A stretch of 64,000 nt of DNA. Source: an uncultured delta proteobacterium. GTDB taxonomy: Bacteria; Myxococcota_A; Polyangia; Fen-1088. Position numbers and translations under genes: made by a program. Location of the stretch: positions 1 to 64,000 of the forward strand of contig CAVYGB010000010.1 of the NCBI GenBank assembly GCA_963767925.1, given 5' to 3'. The notes under the pieces are model-generated. The model was not told the origin of the DNA, ran no database searches, and worked only from the letters and a program-made list of their open reading frames with translations. Positions 43,986 through 53,787 of this stretch are shown here, in pieces (position 1 is the stretch's first letter; every line of letters begins with the position of its first letter).

Positions 43986-46900
43986 TCAGTTGCCGGACTG
44001 GGCCTGGGTCTGACCCTGCGTCGCCGCGGCCATGGTGGCCGGCGAGGTGGCCAGCTCGGGGATGACCTTGGCGGGGGTGATGAGGGTCGAGGCGTAACCG
44101 GCTTCGGGACGAGCCTCGACCGCCAGCGGGTACTCCGAGGGCTGCATCTGGTTCATCTCGACCTCACACATCGCCGACCACTCGTTGAACCAGGACTCCT
44201 TGGTGGCGGCCTTGAGGCAGATCTCGTAGCCCTGGACCGCCTTGGCCTCGATCGGCTCGGCGCGGTCGACGAGCTCGTCGCAGAACAGCTCCCGCTCGTT
44301 CATGCCCCACTCGTTCTTGGACTTGAGCTCCTTGGGGATGGGGGCGGTGTAGAGCTGGTCGACGAAGTTGGCCCAGACCTGGCCGATGCGGGCCGACCCG
44401 GCGATGGTCCAGTGGGCGACCTTGTAGTCGAGGACCTTGTCGTAGATCCCCTTCCGGTCGGCGCTGGGACCGGCCAGCTTGACGGCGAGCAGACCCTTCT
44501 CGGTGATGTATCTGGTGAGCTTCTTGGCGTCTTCCTCGAAGCGCTTCTTCTTGGCCGCCGCCTTGCGGGGGGTGTCGAAGTTGTTGGGCCGCTGGAGCTG
44601 CAGGCCGTCGGGGAACTTCAGGCGCAGGAAGTCCTCGTAGGTCTTCTCGCCCTGGTAAAAGAGCGCGCCGGCCGCGGCGTGGGTGGCCAGCGCCACCCGG
44701 GGCTGCCGCTCGGGGCCGGCGGGCAGCTTGCCGAGGGCCCGGCCGTTGTCGAACAGCCGGAGGGCGTCGGAGAAGTGCTTCTGGGCGGTGGCCGAGAAGT
44801 TGCGGGTCCGGTCGAGGACGGTGATCTTGGACTTGGTGGGCGGACCACACTGGGTCCGCTCCTTCTCCTTGATCTTCATCTTCTTGTCGGTGATCCGCTT
44901 GTTGATCTCGTAAAAGGCCCGCTGGCGGCCGGTGGCGCTCACCCGCTCGATGCGGATGCAGGCGCCGTTGACCCCCTCCTGGGTGCAGGACTTCTTCCAG
45001 TAGTATTCGCCGAGCTTGAAGTGGGCCAGGAGCTGCTTCTCGATGGAGCCCTTGCTGCCCCACTGCCGGAGATAGGTCTCGAGGTGGCGGATGTGGTCGT
45101 TGACCCGGTTCTCCTTCTCGTAGACCTCGCCCATCTGGAAGAAGACGTCGGCCGCCTCGCGCGGCTTCTGCCCGCCGTACAGCCGGATGTAGTCGTTCAG
45201 GTCCTTGATGGCCTGATCGTATTCGCGCATGCCCACCCGGAACTTGTAGGCGTTGTTGAGGGCGTCGGCCGCCTCCCGCTCACCGGGGAACTTGGTGGCG
45301 AACTGCTCGTAGCGCTGGGCGGCCTCGCTGTAAAAGGCGATCTGGTGGTAGCCGGAGGCCACCTTGAACAGCGCCTTCTGGGCCAGGGGATCCTGGGGAT
45401 GGGTGCGGATGAGCTCGTTCCGAACCGCCACCGCCCGACCCACCAGGCGGGCGTTCTGGAAACAGACCGCCGAGTCGTAGAGCCGCTCGGCGTGTTTGGG
45501 GTGATCGGGCATCGACTCGGCGGCGGCCAGCATGGAACGGCCGCACTCCTTGTAGTTGCCGCGCTCCTCGTATTGCTTGGCCTCGATCACCAGGCCGTCG
45601 ACCTTCAAGTTCACCACGTTCTTGGCGAACTCCGCGTTCTTCATGAGCGCGGGGGTGTCCATGAACTTGTCGACCCAGCGAAGCGCCTCGCGGGTCTTGC
45701 CCGGCTGCTTGAGCCGCTCGCCCTGGATGTTGAGCGAGTCGAGCATCAGGTTGGCCGAATACTCTGCCAGCTCGTGGTCGGAGTGCTGGTCGACGACGTT
45801 CTGGAACAGCGCCACCGCGTCGTCGAAGTGGTTGTAGTCGTAGTAGATGCGGGCTTTGCGGTACTTGATCGTTACCAGCTCGGGCGCATCGGGCACGTAT
45901 TTGATGTACGTGTCGAAGGCCGCGATCATCTTCTTCTGGTACTCGGGGATGGGCTGGGGCTTGAAGTCCTTGGTGTTGTCGCCCTGCTTGTCGGGACCCT
46001 GGCCCTGGTCGTCGATGTTGAGGGCGTTCTTCCAGGCCAGCACGGCGGCGTAGGCCGAGTCCTTGACCCACTTGCCCTTGGGATCGAGCTCGACCACCCG
46101 GCCGTATTGCTCGGCCGCCTCTCGCCACATCTGCGTCGTCCACAGCACCTCGGCATAGTAGAAGGCCATGTCGAGCGCGCCCTTCTCCTTGGCGAAGCGA
46201 TCCAGGTAGTCCTTGTAGACGTAGCGGACGAGGACGTAGGTGTCCGGGTTCTTCGTGCGCTGGGCCTCCTTGTGCCAGACCAGCGCCAGCTCCTTGGAGA
46301 TGTCGTGGAAGGCGTTCCGGCACTCGGCGACGAGATCCTTCTTGGCGGCCGGCAAGGCCTTGACCCGGTCGTAGGCGATGCCGAGGCGGTTGACCTCCTG
46401 GACCTGATCCCGCTTGGTGCCCGCCGAGAGGGTGTTGCGAACCACCTTGTTCTGCCACTCGCACAGGCGGGGCGACTCGGGGTTGAGCACCATCATCTTG
46501 TGATAGACCTTGGTCGAGTCGGCGAACATGCCCTGCTCCCAGTAGAGCTCGGACAGGCCTTCCATCATGCGGGGGGCGAAGTCGCCGCCCACCCGGTTGA
46601 AGAACTCCCAGGCCTTGTCGGGACCGGCCCCGGGCGTGCGAGCGTAGGCCTTGACGACGTCCTTCTTGGCCTCGCGCTCGAGCGCCTGGTTGGCCAGCTT
46701 GCTTCCGCCCGCCTTGCCCGATTGGGCCAGGCGGATGACGTCGACGAAGGTCTGCAGGGCGGCGCGAAAGTCGCCCAGATTGATGTAGCACCAACCCTTC
46801 TTGTAGACGGCGTAGCCATAGACCGACGACTTGGGGAACTGCTCGACCTTCTCGTAGAACTTCTTCGCCGCGTCCATCTCCCCCTTGTCGAAGAAGAACT

Positions 46901-47615
46901 GGGCGAACGAGAGGTAGGCGTCGGGGACGTACTTCGAGTTGGGGTAGTCCTTGATCAGGCGCAGGAAGAACTCGCGGGCCTGCTCCTCCTTCTTGATGGT
47001 CTGCAGGAGGTAGGCGAGCCGGAAGAGGACCTCGTCCATCTTCTCGTACTTGCGAAACTGGGAGGCGGCTACGTAGGACTCGACCGCCCGGAGCAGCCAG
47101 CGGCGCTCCTCTTCCTCGAAGCGCTTCTGCTGCTGCTCGAGACGGGCCTTGTCCCCGCCCTTGGCCTGGAAGATCTTCTCGTCGAGGCTACGAGCCTGGA
47201 AGTTCGTGTAGCGCTGCTGCTCGTAGTAGAGCTCGGCGATGCGGAAGTGGAACTCCGCCTTCTGAGGATCGTCGTCCTCGGTCACGCGCAGCAGGCGCTG
47301 GTATTTCTCGATGGTGACCCGGTTGATCTTGACGATCTTCTCCTGCCTGACACCGCGGAACTCCTCGACCGTCATCAGGGGGCCGGTGGCCTGCTTGACG
47401 TCCTTGACCGGGCCCTGCGGCTTGGTCAGCGCGGTCTGGGGCACGCCGACGACGTCGACCTCTTTCTTGGTGTAGCGGGCCTTGCCCTGAGCCGACGGGT
47501 CGCCGGCAGCGGGGGCCTGGGCCTCGCCGGCCGCCGGGGTCAGGAGCATCACCGTTGCCGCCAGCACGGCCGACCGCTGGGCTGCCACTTTCAAACCGTT
47601 TCCTGCTGCCTTCAT
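43986..47615 (-). CDS. gltD: gliding motility TPR protein GltD/AgmU
   Basis: 1209 aa; signal peptide; KAEFHFRIAELY, LIKDYPNSKYVPDAYL, YAVYKKGWC..NLG, C-terminal FNEWS. Confidence 0.87.
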   Translation of the reverse strand: MKAAGNGLKVAAQRSAVLAATVMLLTPAAGEAQAPAAGDPSAQGKARYTKKEVDVVGVPQTALTKPQGPVKDVKQATGPLMTVEEFRGVRQEKIVKINRVTIEKYQRLLRVTEDDDPQKAEFHFRIAELYYEQQRYTNFQARSLDEKIFQAKGGDKARLEQQQKRFEEEERRWLLRAVESYVAASQFRKYEKMDEVLFRLAYLLQTIKKEEQAREFFLRLIKDYPNSKYVPDAYLSFAQFFFDKGEMDAAKKFYEKVEQFPKSSVYGYAVYKKGWCYINLGDFRAALQTFVDVIRLAQSGKAGGSKLANQALEREAKKDVVKAYARTPGAGPDKAWEFFNRVGGDFAPRMMEGLSELYWEQGMFADSTKVYHKMMVLNPESPRLCEWQNKVVRNTLSAGTKRDQVQEVNRLGIAYDRVKALPAAKKDLVAECRNAFHDISKELALVWHKEAQRTKNPDTYVLVRYVYKDYLDRFAKEKGALDMAFYYAEVLWTTQMWREAAEQYGRVVELDPKGKWVKDSAYAAVLAWKNALNIDDQGQGPDKQGDNTKDFKPQPIPEYQKKMIAAFDTYIKYVPDAPELVTIKYRKARIYYDYNHFDDAVALFQNVVDQHSDHELAEYSANLMLDSLNIQGERLKQPGKTREALRWVDKFMDTPALMKNAEFAKNVVNLKVDGLVIEAKQYEERGNYKECGRSMLAAAESMPDHPKHAERLYDSAVCFQNARLVGRAVAVRNELIRTHPQDPLAQKALFKVASGYHQIAFYSEAAQRYEQFATKFPGEREAADALNNAYKFRVGMREYDQAIKDLNDYIRLYGGQKPREAADVFFQMGEVYEKENRVNDHIRHLETYLRQWGSKGSIEKQLLAHFKLGEYYWKKSCTQEGVNGACIRIERVSATGRQRAFYEINKRITDKKMKIKEKERTQCGPPTKSKITVLDRTRNFSATAQKHFSDALRLFDNGRALGKLPAGPERQPRVALATHAAAGALFYQGEKTYEDFLRLKFPDGLQLQRPNNFDTPRKAAAKKKRFEEDAKKLTRYITEKGLLAVKLAGPSADRKGIYDKVLDYKVAHWTIAGSARIGQVWANFVDQLYTAPIPKELKSKNEWGMNERELFCDELVDRAEPIEAKAVQGYEICLKAATKESWFNEWSAMCEVEMNQMQPSEYPLAVEARPEAGYASTLITPAKVIPELATSPATMAAATQGQTQAQSGN

Positions 47616-47675
47616 GATGTCCTCACTTCATCGAAGATCGAGTGTGTCAACATCGGGTCGACGCGGGTTGATCCA

Positions 47676-49304
47676 CTACTGCGTGGGGCTCGAAGGCGCG
47701 CCTTCCGGCGCACTTTTTTCGCATCGGTTGAGCAGGCGCACGCGGTAGTAGCCTAGCTCATCACGCCAGTACTCGCCCTTGAAGGGCCAGTAATGATGTT
47801 CGTCGTCAACCACGATGCGGGAGATGTCGGTGACCCGATCGGCCGCGTTGTTCTGCTGCTCCTGAACGATCTCCTGTTCGAGGGCGCCCTTCTCCCCCTG
47901 CAGGATCTCGATTTCGATCTTGAGCACCCGCTTGATGAGGCCGGCCAGCTCGGCCACCAGGCGGCTCACCCGCTGACGCGCCAGCTCGCCCGCCTCGTTC
48001 ACCGTCAGTGAGCGCTGCAACGTGATGTCGGTGACGACGGCGTTGGCCACCGCCGTCGACTTCCAGGCCGGGTCGGCCCGCTCGTGCTCGGCCAGCTCGC
48101 GGTCGAGCTCCTTCACGTAGTCGAAGCGCCGGGCGAGCATCCGGTCCGAGAGCACCGCCCGGGCGGCCAGCTCGGTCTTCTCGGGCAACCGGGCATCCCC
48201 TGAGCGGATCTTCTCGGCCAGGTCGAAGAACTGGTCGTTCGCGGTGGTGGCGTCCACGATCTTCTTCAGATCGAGGGCCAGCGGCTCGAACGACTCGCGG
48301 AACTCGTCGATGGCGTCGGCGGCCCGATCGTACTGGCAGTTGTAAAAGTAGATGGTCGCCTTGACCGTGAGGGCCTCGGCGATCGACTCCGGCTTGATGA
48401 AGTTGTCGAAGTAAGGGGCCTGCAAGGTCTGGATGTTGCCGAGGGCCTTGGAGTAGCCGGCCTGCCGGAGCATGAAGTTGGCCCAGGAGGCCTCGAACAA
48501 GCTGTTGGGCCAGTCGTACGAGGCGGTCGAGACCCGGTCGTAATATTTGGCGGCGAGGTCGTACTGCCCGGTCGAGTAATACACCCGGGCCAGCGACAGG
48601 TTGGCGAGGTCCTCGTAAGGCTTCACCTTGGGGTCGTCGCTCTCGGCACCGATGCGCAGCACCTCGATGAAGGCGTCGCGGGCGGGCTTGGCGTTGTACT
48701 CGCGCACGTGGGTGGCGCCCTCGAACAGCTTGGCCTGCACGTAATACTGGCTGGCGGCGGGCACCATGTTGAAGAGGGAGACCGCCTCTTTGAACTTGCC
48801 CTTGTTGTAGTGGTACTTGCCGAGCAGGAAGTAGAGCTCGTCGCGCACGCTCTCGAGGGCGGGCTGCTCGAGCTCCTTGCGGTCGTATTTGCCGATCTTC
48901 TCGAGGATGCCGGCCGAGTCGGCGACCTCGCGCGAGAGGGAGGCCAGCCACTTGAGGGTCTCGTTGTAGTGGGCGTGGCCGGGACCCTTCTGCACGATGC
49001 GGTCGAAGTAGCTCAGCGCCGCCGAGTAGTAGGTGAGCTTGTAGAGCGTCTTGCCCATCCAGAACTCGGCCTTCTGGCGGTTGGCTTCGCTGTCCCCGCT
49101 CTCCCCCTCGACGACCTTGTAGAGCTCGATCGACGCCGAATAGAGCTCGTTCGAGTCGTACAGCTTGATCGCGCGCTCGAGCACCTGCGAGGGCGCGTCG
49201 GTGCGCGGGCGCCGCCGCTGCTGCTGGGCCTCCACCTGCGGAGCGGCCGTCGTGATCAGGAGGCTCGAGAAGACGACGATGACGGTGCCGCGAAAAGAGC
49301 TCAT
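47676..49304 (-). CDS. gltC: gliding motility TPR protein GltC
   Basis: Signal peptide; LSLARVYY, SLFEASWANF, ALGNIQTL.APYF, C-terminal VDDEHHYWPFKGEYWRDELGYY. Confidence 0.85.
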   Translation of the reverse strand: MSSFRGTVIVVFSSLLITTAAPQVEAQQQRRRPRTDAPSQVLERAIKLYDSNELYSASIELYKVVEGESGDSEANRQKAEFWMGKTLYKLTYYSAALSYFDRIVQKGPGHAHYNETLKWLASLSREVADSAGILEKIGKYDRKELEQPALESVRDELYFLLGKYHYNKGKFKEAVSLFNMVPAASQYYVQAKLFEGATHVREYNAKPARDAFIEVLRIGAESDDPKVKPYEDLANLSLARVYYSTGQYDLAAKYYDRVSTASYDWPNSLFEASWANFMLRQAGYSKALGNIQTLQAPYFDNFIKPESIAEALTVKATIYFYNCQYDRAADAIDEFRESFEPLALDLKKIVDATTANDQFFDLAEKIRSGDARLPEKTELAARAVLSDRMLARRFDYVKELDRELAEHERADPAWKSTAVANAVVTDITLQRSLTVNEAGELARQRVSRLVAELAGLIKRVLKIEIEILQGEKGALEQEIVQEQQNNAADRVTDISRIVVDDEHHYWPFKGEYWRDELGYYRVRLLNRCEKSAPEGAPSSPTQ

Positions 49305-49527
49305 GGCTTCAACCTCTCAGGTGAAGCTCTGTTCCACCCGAGCAGAGCGAGCTGCTCGGACCCCCGCGAGGGGGCAGGACAGAGCGGGAACGCACACGCA
49401 CGATTCGGTCGCTGAACGCAAAGGGGGCGCTTTGCACGAACCCAGCCGGACGAAACTCGAATGAGATCGCTACCTTAGTACGAAAGAGCCCAGGCCGCCC
49501 GTCGCAGACACCAGCAAAATCGCGTGC

Positions 49528-49557
49528 ATCGTAGGCAGGCGCTGAGATCGAAGTCAA
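49528..49557 (-). promoter_or_regulatory. sigma70-type promoter for the gltC operon (~215-nt leader)
   Basis: TTGACT-18 nt-TACGAT. Confidence 0.55.
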
Positions 49558-49820
49558 GCCGGAAGCGGCCAGTCACAGAAGCCCGGTCTCGCGTCTAACT
49601 GCCGGTAATGCCAGATTAAAAGCGACCCGCCCCGATCCGGCAACCGCCGCCCGGCCAGAGCTCCTTCGGGCGCCGGCGGAGGTCCGGACCAGCCCTCCCC
49701 TCCCACGCCCGCTCCACGGGAAAGTTCCCGGCTCCAGTCGCCCCGCAGATTCCCGCGTCCGCGGCTCGAACCGTCGGTGCTCCGGACAGAGACCGGCGGG
49801 GGGCGCGGCGGAGTTGGATG

Positions 49821-49848
49821 TTGACACCCGAGGACCCGTCGTTAAGAT
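49821..49848 (+). promoter_or_regulatory. sigma70-type promoter for cglC-yraN
   Basis: TTGACA-16 nt-TAAGAT. Confidence 0.55.
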
Positions 49849-49943
49849 GGCCGCCGCTTGCGCCCACCCCGCTTTCTCAGTTGTGTCGGGGGTTTGGGCG
49901 CGCGGCGTGAGCGGCCCCCAAGCCACACCCCGAGGAAACGTAC

Positions 49944-50471
49944 ATGAGCGCGCACCCCCCGATCTCTCGCCTGCGAAACCGTTTCTTCGCGATCGCCTTC
50001 CGCCCGGGGATGCTCTCCCTGGCGCAGGTCCTCACCGTCGCGGCGCTCGCGCTGACGGCGGGCTGCGAGGACAAGGCCATCGGCCGGGTCTGCGAGGTCC
50101 AGTCCGACGCCGGCGCCGAGCAGGCGGTCCTCAACGGCCAGGCGCTCGAATGCCCCAGCCGGCTCTGCCTGCGCCCGGCGCCCGACGGCACCCTGGGCCA
50201 GACCGTCGACACGACCGCCCTGTGCACCGCCGAGTGCTCCAAGGACAGCGACTGCGACGGCGCCGAGACCCGCACCTCGAACAACACCCGGGACAAGCGC
50301 TGCCGCACCGGCTTCGTCTGCGGGGTGGCCACCGCCACCGGCAGCGTGGCCTGTTGCAAGAAGCTCTGCCTGTGCAAGGACTTCCTCGTCATTCCTCAGA
50401 GTGGCCTGGAGGTCCCGGTGGTCTGCGACCGTAGCAAGAACCCCGGGGTCTGCCCGCTCGCCGGGCGGTGA
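49944..50471 (+). CDS. cglC: Cys-rich gliding lipoprotein CglC/GltK/AgmO-like
   Basis: LTAG-C lipobox; C..K.IG..C, ECPSRLCLR, LCTAEC pattern; next to gltC. Confidence 0.7.
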   Translation: MSAHPPISRLRNRFFAIAFRPGMLSLAQVLTVAALALTAGCEDKAIGRVCEVQSDAGAEQAVLNGQALECPSRLCLRPAPDGTLGQTVDTTALCTAECSKDSDCDGAETRTSNNTRDKRCRTGFVCGVATATGSVACCKKLCLCKDFLVIPQSGLEVPVVCDRSKNPGVCPLAGR

Positions 50472-50854
50472 CCCCGCGGGAGGCCGGCCGGCGGGCCGAG
50501 GCCCTGGCCGCCGCCCTGCTGGAGCGCCAGGGCATGCGCATCCTGGCGCGCAACTGGCGCCAGCCCGAGGGCGAGCAGGCCGAGCTGGACCTGGTCGCCG
50601 ACCACGGAGGCGTCTGCGTCTTCGTCGAGGTGCGGGCCCGGACCGGCGAGACCTACGGCCACCCGCTCGAGGCCATCGGCCCCCGCAAGCAGGCCCAGGT
50701 CATCCGGGCGGCCCGGCTGTACCTGGCCTCCGGGGACCGGGCCGGAGCACCGGGCGGCTACCGCTTCGACGTCGTCGGCGTGCTCTTCCCCGAAGACGGC
50801 AGCGAGCCGCAGCTCCACCACGTCCCCGACGCCTTCCGGGCCGACGGCTGGTGA
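50468..50854 (+). CDS. yraN: YraN family (UPF0102) putative endonuclease
   Basis: GRRAE.LA, ILARNWR, ELDLV, FVEVRAR, RFDV; GTGA overlap with cglC. Confidence 0.88.
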   Translation: MTPREAGRRAEALAAALLERQGMRILARNWRQPEGEQAELDLVADHGGVCVFVEVRARTGETYGHPLEAIGPRKQAQVIRAARLYLASGDRAGAPGGYRFDVVGVLFPEDGSEPQLHHVPDAFRADGW

Positions 50855-50882
50855 GGAGCGAGCGTCGCTGCGGGCGCGAAGG

Positions 50883-51290
50883 CTAGGAGGCGGCCGCGGC
50901 CGGCCGGGGGACGGCCGCTTTCTTCGCGGGCTCGGTCACGCGCAGCTCACCCTTGATCCGGGCGGCCTTGCCTTCCAGCGCGCGCAGGTAGTTGAGGCGG
51001 GCGCGGCGAACGCGGCCCTTGGCCACCACCTCGACCTTGTCGATGCGGGTGCTGTGCAGCGGGAAGATCCTCTCGACGCCGACGCCGTAGGAGATCTTGC
51101 GCACGGTGAAGGAGGCGCGGGAGCCGCCGACGCGGCGGTCGATCACCACGCCCTCGAACACCTGGACGCGCTCCTTGTCGCCTTCCTTGATGAGCGTGTG
51201 AACCTTCACAGTGTCTCCCGGCCGGAAGCCGGGCAGATCTTTGCGGAGGAAAGTGGCTTCGATTTCGCGAATCAGGGGGTGCTGGCTCAT
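50883..51290 (-). CDS. rplS: 50S ribosomal protein L19
   Basis: [52 protein letters not shown]. Confidence 0.97.
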   Translation of the reverse strand: MSQHPLIREIEATFLRKDLPGFRPGDTVKVHTLIKEGDKERVQVFEGVVIDRRVGGSRASFTVRKISYGVGVERIFPLHSTRIDKVEVVAKGRVRRARLNYLRALEGKAARIKGELRVTEPAKKAAVPRPAAAAS

Positions 51291-51384
51291 GGCGACAGGC
51301 TCCGGTACGGAGGGTCGTATTAACTACGCGTAACTGGCGGCGGAGTCAATGGTTCTCCCGCGACCCGGGCTCTTGACGCCGCCC

Positions 51385-52227
51385 CTAGCGGTCAGGTCCG
51401 TCCCCGTGGTTCTTATCGTGGACTTGCCCTTCGTCTTGCCCGTCCTCTTGCCCGTCCTCTTGCCCGGCCTCCCGCGGCTCGGGGGTGGGGACCTCCCGGC
51501 CGAGGAGCTTCGTCTCCTGGGGATCGGGGGGATGGGCGGCCAGCAGGTCGGGGCGGCGGTCGCGGGTCCGGCGCAGCGACTGCTGCCGGCGCCAGGCGGC
51601 GATGGCGGCGTGATCGCCCGAGAGCAGGACCTCGGGGACGACCTGCCCCCGGAACTCGGGCGGGCGGGTGTAGTGGGGGTATTCGAGGCGGCCCCGGGCC
51701 GAGAAGGACTCCTCCTCGGTGGAGGCGCACTTGCCCAGCACCCCGGGCAGCAGGCGGGCCACCGCCTCGATGATCACCGCGGCGGCCAGCTCCCCGCCGG
51801 CCAGGACGTAGTCGCCGATGCTGACCACGTCGTGGGCAAACAGGGTCGCGATCCGTTCGTCGATCCCCTCGTAGCGGCCGCAGATCAGGAGCAGGCGGGG
51901 CCGGGTCACCATCTCGGCGGCCAGCGCCTGCGAGAACAGGCGGCCCTGCGGCGACAGCAGCACCCGGTGGGTGGGCCCGCGCGCCGCCTCGATCTGCTCG
52001 ATGGTCGCCGCCAGGGGCTCGGGCCGCAGCACCATCCCCGGCCCGCCGCCGTAGGGCGCGTCGTCGACCGAGCGGTGGCGGCCCAGGCCGTTGTCGCGGG
52101 GGTTGCTCCGGGTGACGGCGATCAGCCCCCCCTCGACGGCCTTGCCGAGCAGGCTGGCCGACAGGAACGAGTCGAACAGCTCGGGAAACAGGGTGACCAG
52201 CTCGAAGTGCAGCCGGGCTTCACTCAT
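51385..52227 (-). CDS. trmD: tRNA (guanine37-N1)-methyltransferase
   Basis: VTLFPE, VDDAPYGGGPGMV, CGRYEGIDER, SIGDYVLAGGE, YPHYTRP, VPEVLLSGDH. Confidence 0.96.
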   Translation of the reverse strand: MSEARLHFELVTLFPELFDSFLSASLLGKAVEGGLIAVTRSNPRDNGLGRHRSVDDAPYGGGPGMVLRPEPLAATIEQIEAARGPTHRVLLSPQGRLFSQALAAEMVTRPRLLLICGRYEGIDERIATLFAHDVVSIGDYVLAGGELAAAVIIEAVARLLPGVLGKCASTEEESFSARGRLEYPHYTRPPEFRGQVVPEVLLSGDHAAIAAWRRQQSLRRTRDRRPDLLAAHPPDPQETKLLGREVPTPEPREAGQEDGQEDGQDEGQVHDKNHGDGPDR

Positions 52228-52735
52228 GGGGGTCGATCACGATCCGGCGCCCCACCAGATCGACGCTGGTCAGGAACTCGGGCACCGCCGGGATCAGCAA
52301 CTCCTTGCCGGCGTCGTCGAGCACCGAGAGGACGTCGTGGCCACCGTTCCAGAACAGGGCGGCCACCCGGCCCCGGCTCTGACCGGCGAGATCGAACACG
52401 GCGCACCCGACCAGGTCGTCCACGTAGTGTTCGCCCTCCTCCAGGGGAGGCAATTCGGCGCGGGCCACCGAGACCTCGAAGCCCGTCAGACCGGCGGCGG
52501 CGTCGCGGTCGGCGATCCCCTCCATGCGGACCAGGGCCCCATCCTGGAAGGGACGCGCGCTGGCCACCGTGGATGCGCGGCGTTCGTTGCCCCGGCGCAG
52601 CTCGACAACCAGGGGGAGCTCCAGCTCGGGGAGCTGGACGCCGTCGGGGTTGAAGGCGCGAAAGACCAGCTCGCCCCGCACGCCGTGTGGCCGCCCGAGC
52701 ACGCCGAGCACCACCCTGTCCCGCTCTTCGGCCAC
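52220..52735 (-). CDS. rimM: 16S rRNA processing protein RimM
   Basis: GRPHGVRGE, LPPLEEGEHYVDDLVG, LLIP; between khpA and trmD. Confidence 0.93.
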   Translation of the reverse strand: MAEERDRVVLGVLGRPHGVRGELVFRAFNPDGVQLPELELPLVVELRRGNERRASTVASARPFQDGALVRMEGIADRDAAAGLTGFEVSVARAELPPLEEGEHYVDDLVGCAVFDLAGQSRGRVAALFWNGGHDVLSVLDDAGKELLIPAVPEFLTSVDLVGRRIVIDPHE

Positions 52736-52832
52736 GGTCCGGTTCGTCGTCGCGGCGGGGGCCGTCAGAGCGGCCCCGGGCGCTCCCGCGACGGGCTCGG
52801 GCGAGGCAGGCTCGCCTTCGCCAGGGCGGTCA

Positions 52833-53129
52833 TTACTCGATGATCTCGAGGATGGCGCGGCGGCGCATCTTCGCCGAGGCAGCGGACAGCACGGTCCGCA
52901 GCGCCTTGGCGGTCCGGCCCTGGCGGCCGATCACGCGGCCCAGATCGGACTCGGCGACCTTCAGCTCGTAGACCAGCGCGTCCGGCTCCTCGATCTCCTG
53001 GACCTCCACCTGATCCGGATGCTCCACGAGCGATCGGGCGAGGTAGAGCACCAGCTCCCGCAGGGGCGGTGCTTTCCCTTCGCTGGTACCCGCCTGGGAC
53101 GGAGGAGAACCCTCGGTCAAGGGGTTCAC
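52833..53129 (-). CDS. khpA: KH-domain RNA-binding protein KhpA
   Basis: [21 protein letters not shown] start overlapping the rpsP stop (GTGA). Confidence 0.9.
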   Translation of the reverse strand: MNPLTEGSPPSQAGTSEGKAPPLRELVLYLARSLVEHPDQVEVQEIEEPDALVYELKVAESDLGRVIGRQGRTAKALRTVLSAASAKMRRRAILEIIE

Positions 53130-53386
53130 GCGGGAGTTGACGGAGTCGCGCGGCGGAGTCGGTGAATCAGCTCGCTCACGGTCTGGCTGGGCTGGGCACC
53201 GACGGAGATCCAATGATCGACGCGCGCCGTATTGAGCTTGACCTCCGCGGGATTGCGCAGAGGGTCATAGATGCCGAGCTGCTCGATGAAGCGGCCATCG
53301 CGCGGACTGCGGCTGTCGGCGGCCACGACGCGGTAGAAGGGAGACTTCTTGCCGCCAGCGCGAGTGAGACGGAGGGTTACGGCCAT
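53126..53386 (-). CDS. rpsP: 30S ribosomal protein S16
   Basis: [32 protein letters not shown]...W..GAQPS.TV. Confidence 0.97.
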   Translation of the reverse strand: MAVTLRLTRAGGKKSPFYRVVAADSRSPRDGRFIEQLGIYDPLRNPAEVKLNTARVDHWISVGAQPSQTVSELIHRLRRATPSTPA

Positions 53387-53416
53387 ACGGGGAATCCTGG
53401 GAATAAGAGCCGAAGA

Positions 53417-53445
53417 ATCCTACAGATGTTTCAGGCTCGTGTCAA
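53417..53445 (-). promoter_or_regulatory. sigma70-type promoter of the rpsP operon
   Basis: TTGACA-17 nt-TAGGAT. Confidence 0.7.
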
Positions 53446-53787
53446 CGTGAGTCGGAACGCCGAGGTTCCACTAGGTACCACTTGATTGCCGGCTGGTTGC
53501 CAGCCGGTTGCGTGAGGGTCGGAGAAGATGAGAGCAGGGTGATTCTAGCGCACGGACGCGCCGCGTGCCTACAGGTTTGGCGGCGGAGGGCGGCGGGCCG
53601 TTACGAAGGAGTTACTTCTGCTTTCGGCCGAGTTTTTAGCACGCTCGACTCGACCCGCCTAGATGGATTCCGGGGGGTTATCTCGGTTCGGTGACAGCTC
53701 AGGGCTCACCAGGACCAGGGGAGGTCGTCTGGCCCCGTGAGGTGGGCATTGGACGCGGGCCCCGGGCGAGGTTAGTCCAGAGCTGCG

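Noticed and set aside
49305..49520. Known c-di-GMP riboswitch in the gltC leader
   Set aside because: No GAAA tetraloop/receptor or class I/II consensus on the mRNA strand; kept only as an unknown structure
51424..51466. 12-bp tandem repeat (CTTGCCCGTCCT) at the trmD 3' end
   Set aside because: Short in-frame GQED repeat in a disordered tail; not a CRISPR array or phase-variation tract
52736..52833. ATG overlapping the khpA stop as the rimM start
   Set aside because: It is out of frame with rimM and stops after 22 codons; an indel cannot be excluded
53386..53787. SRP, 6S or RNase P RNA upstream of rpsP
   Set aside because: No diagnostic motifs recognised
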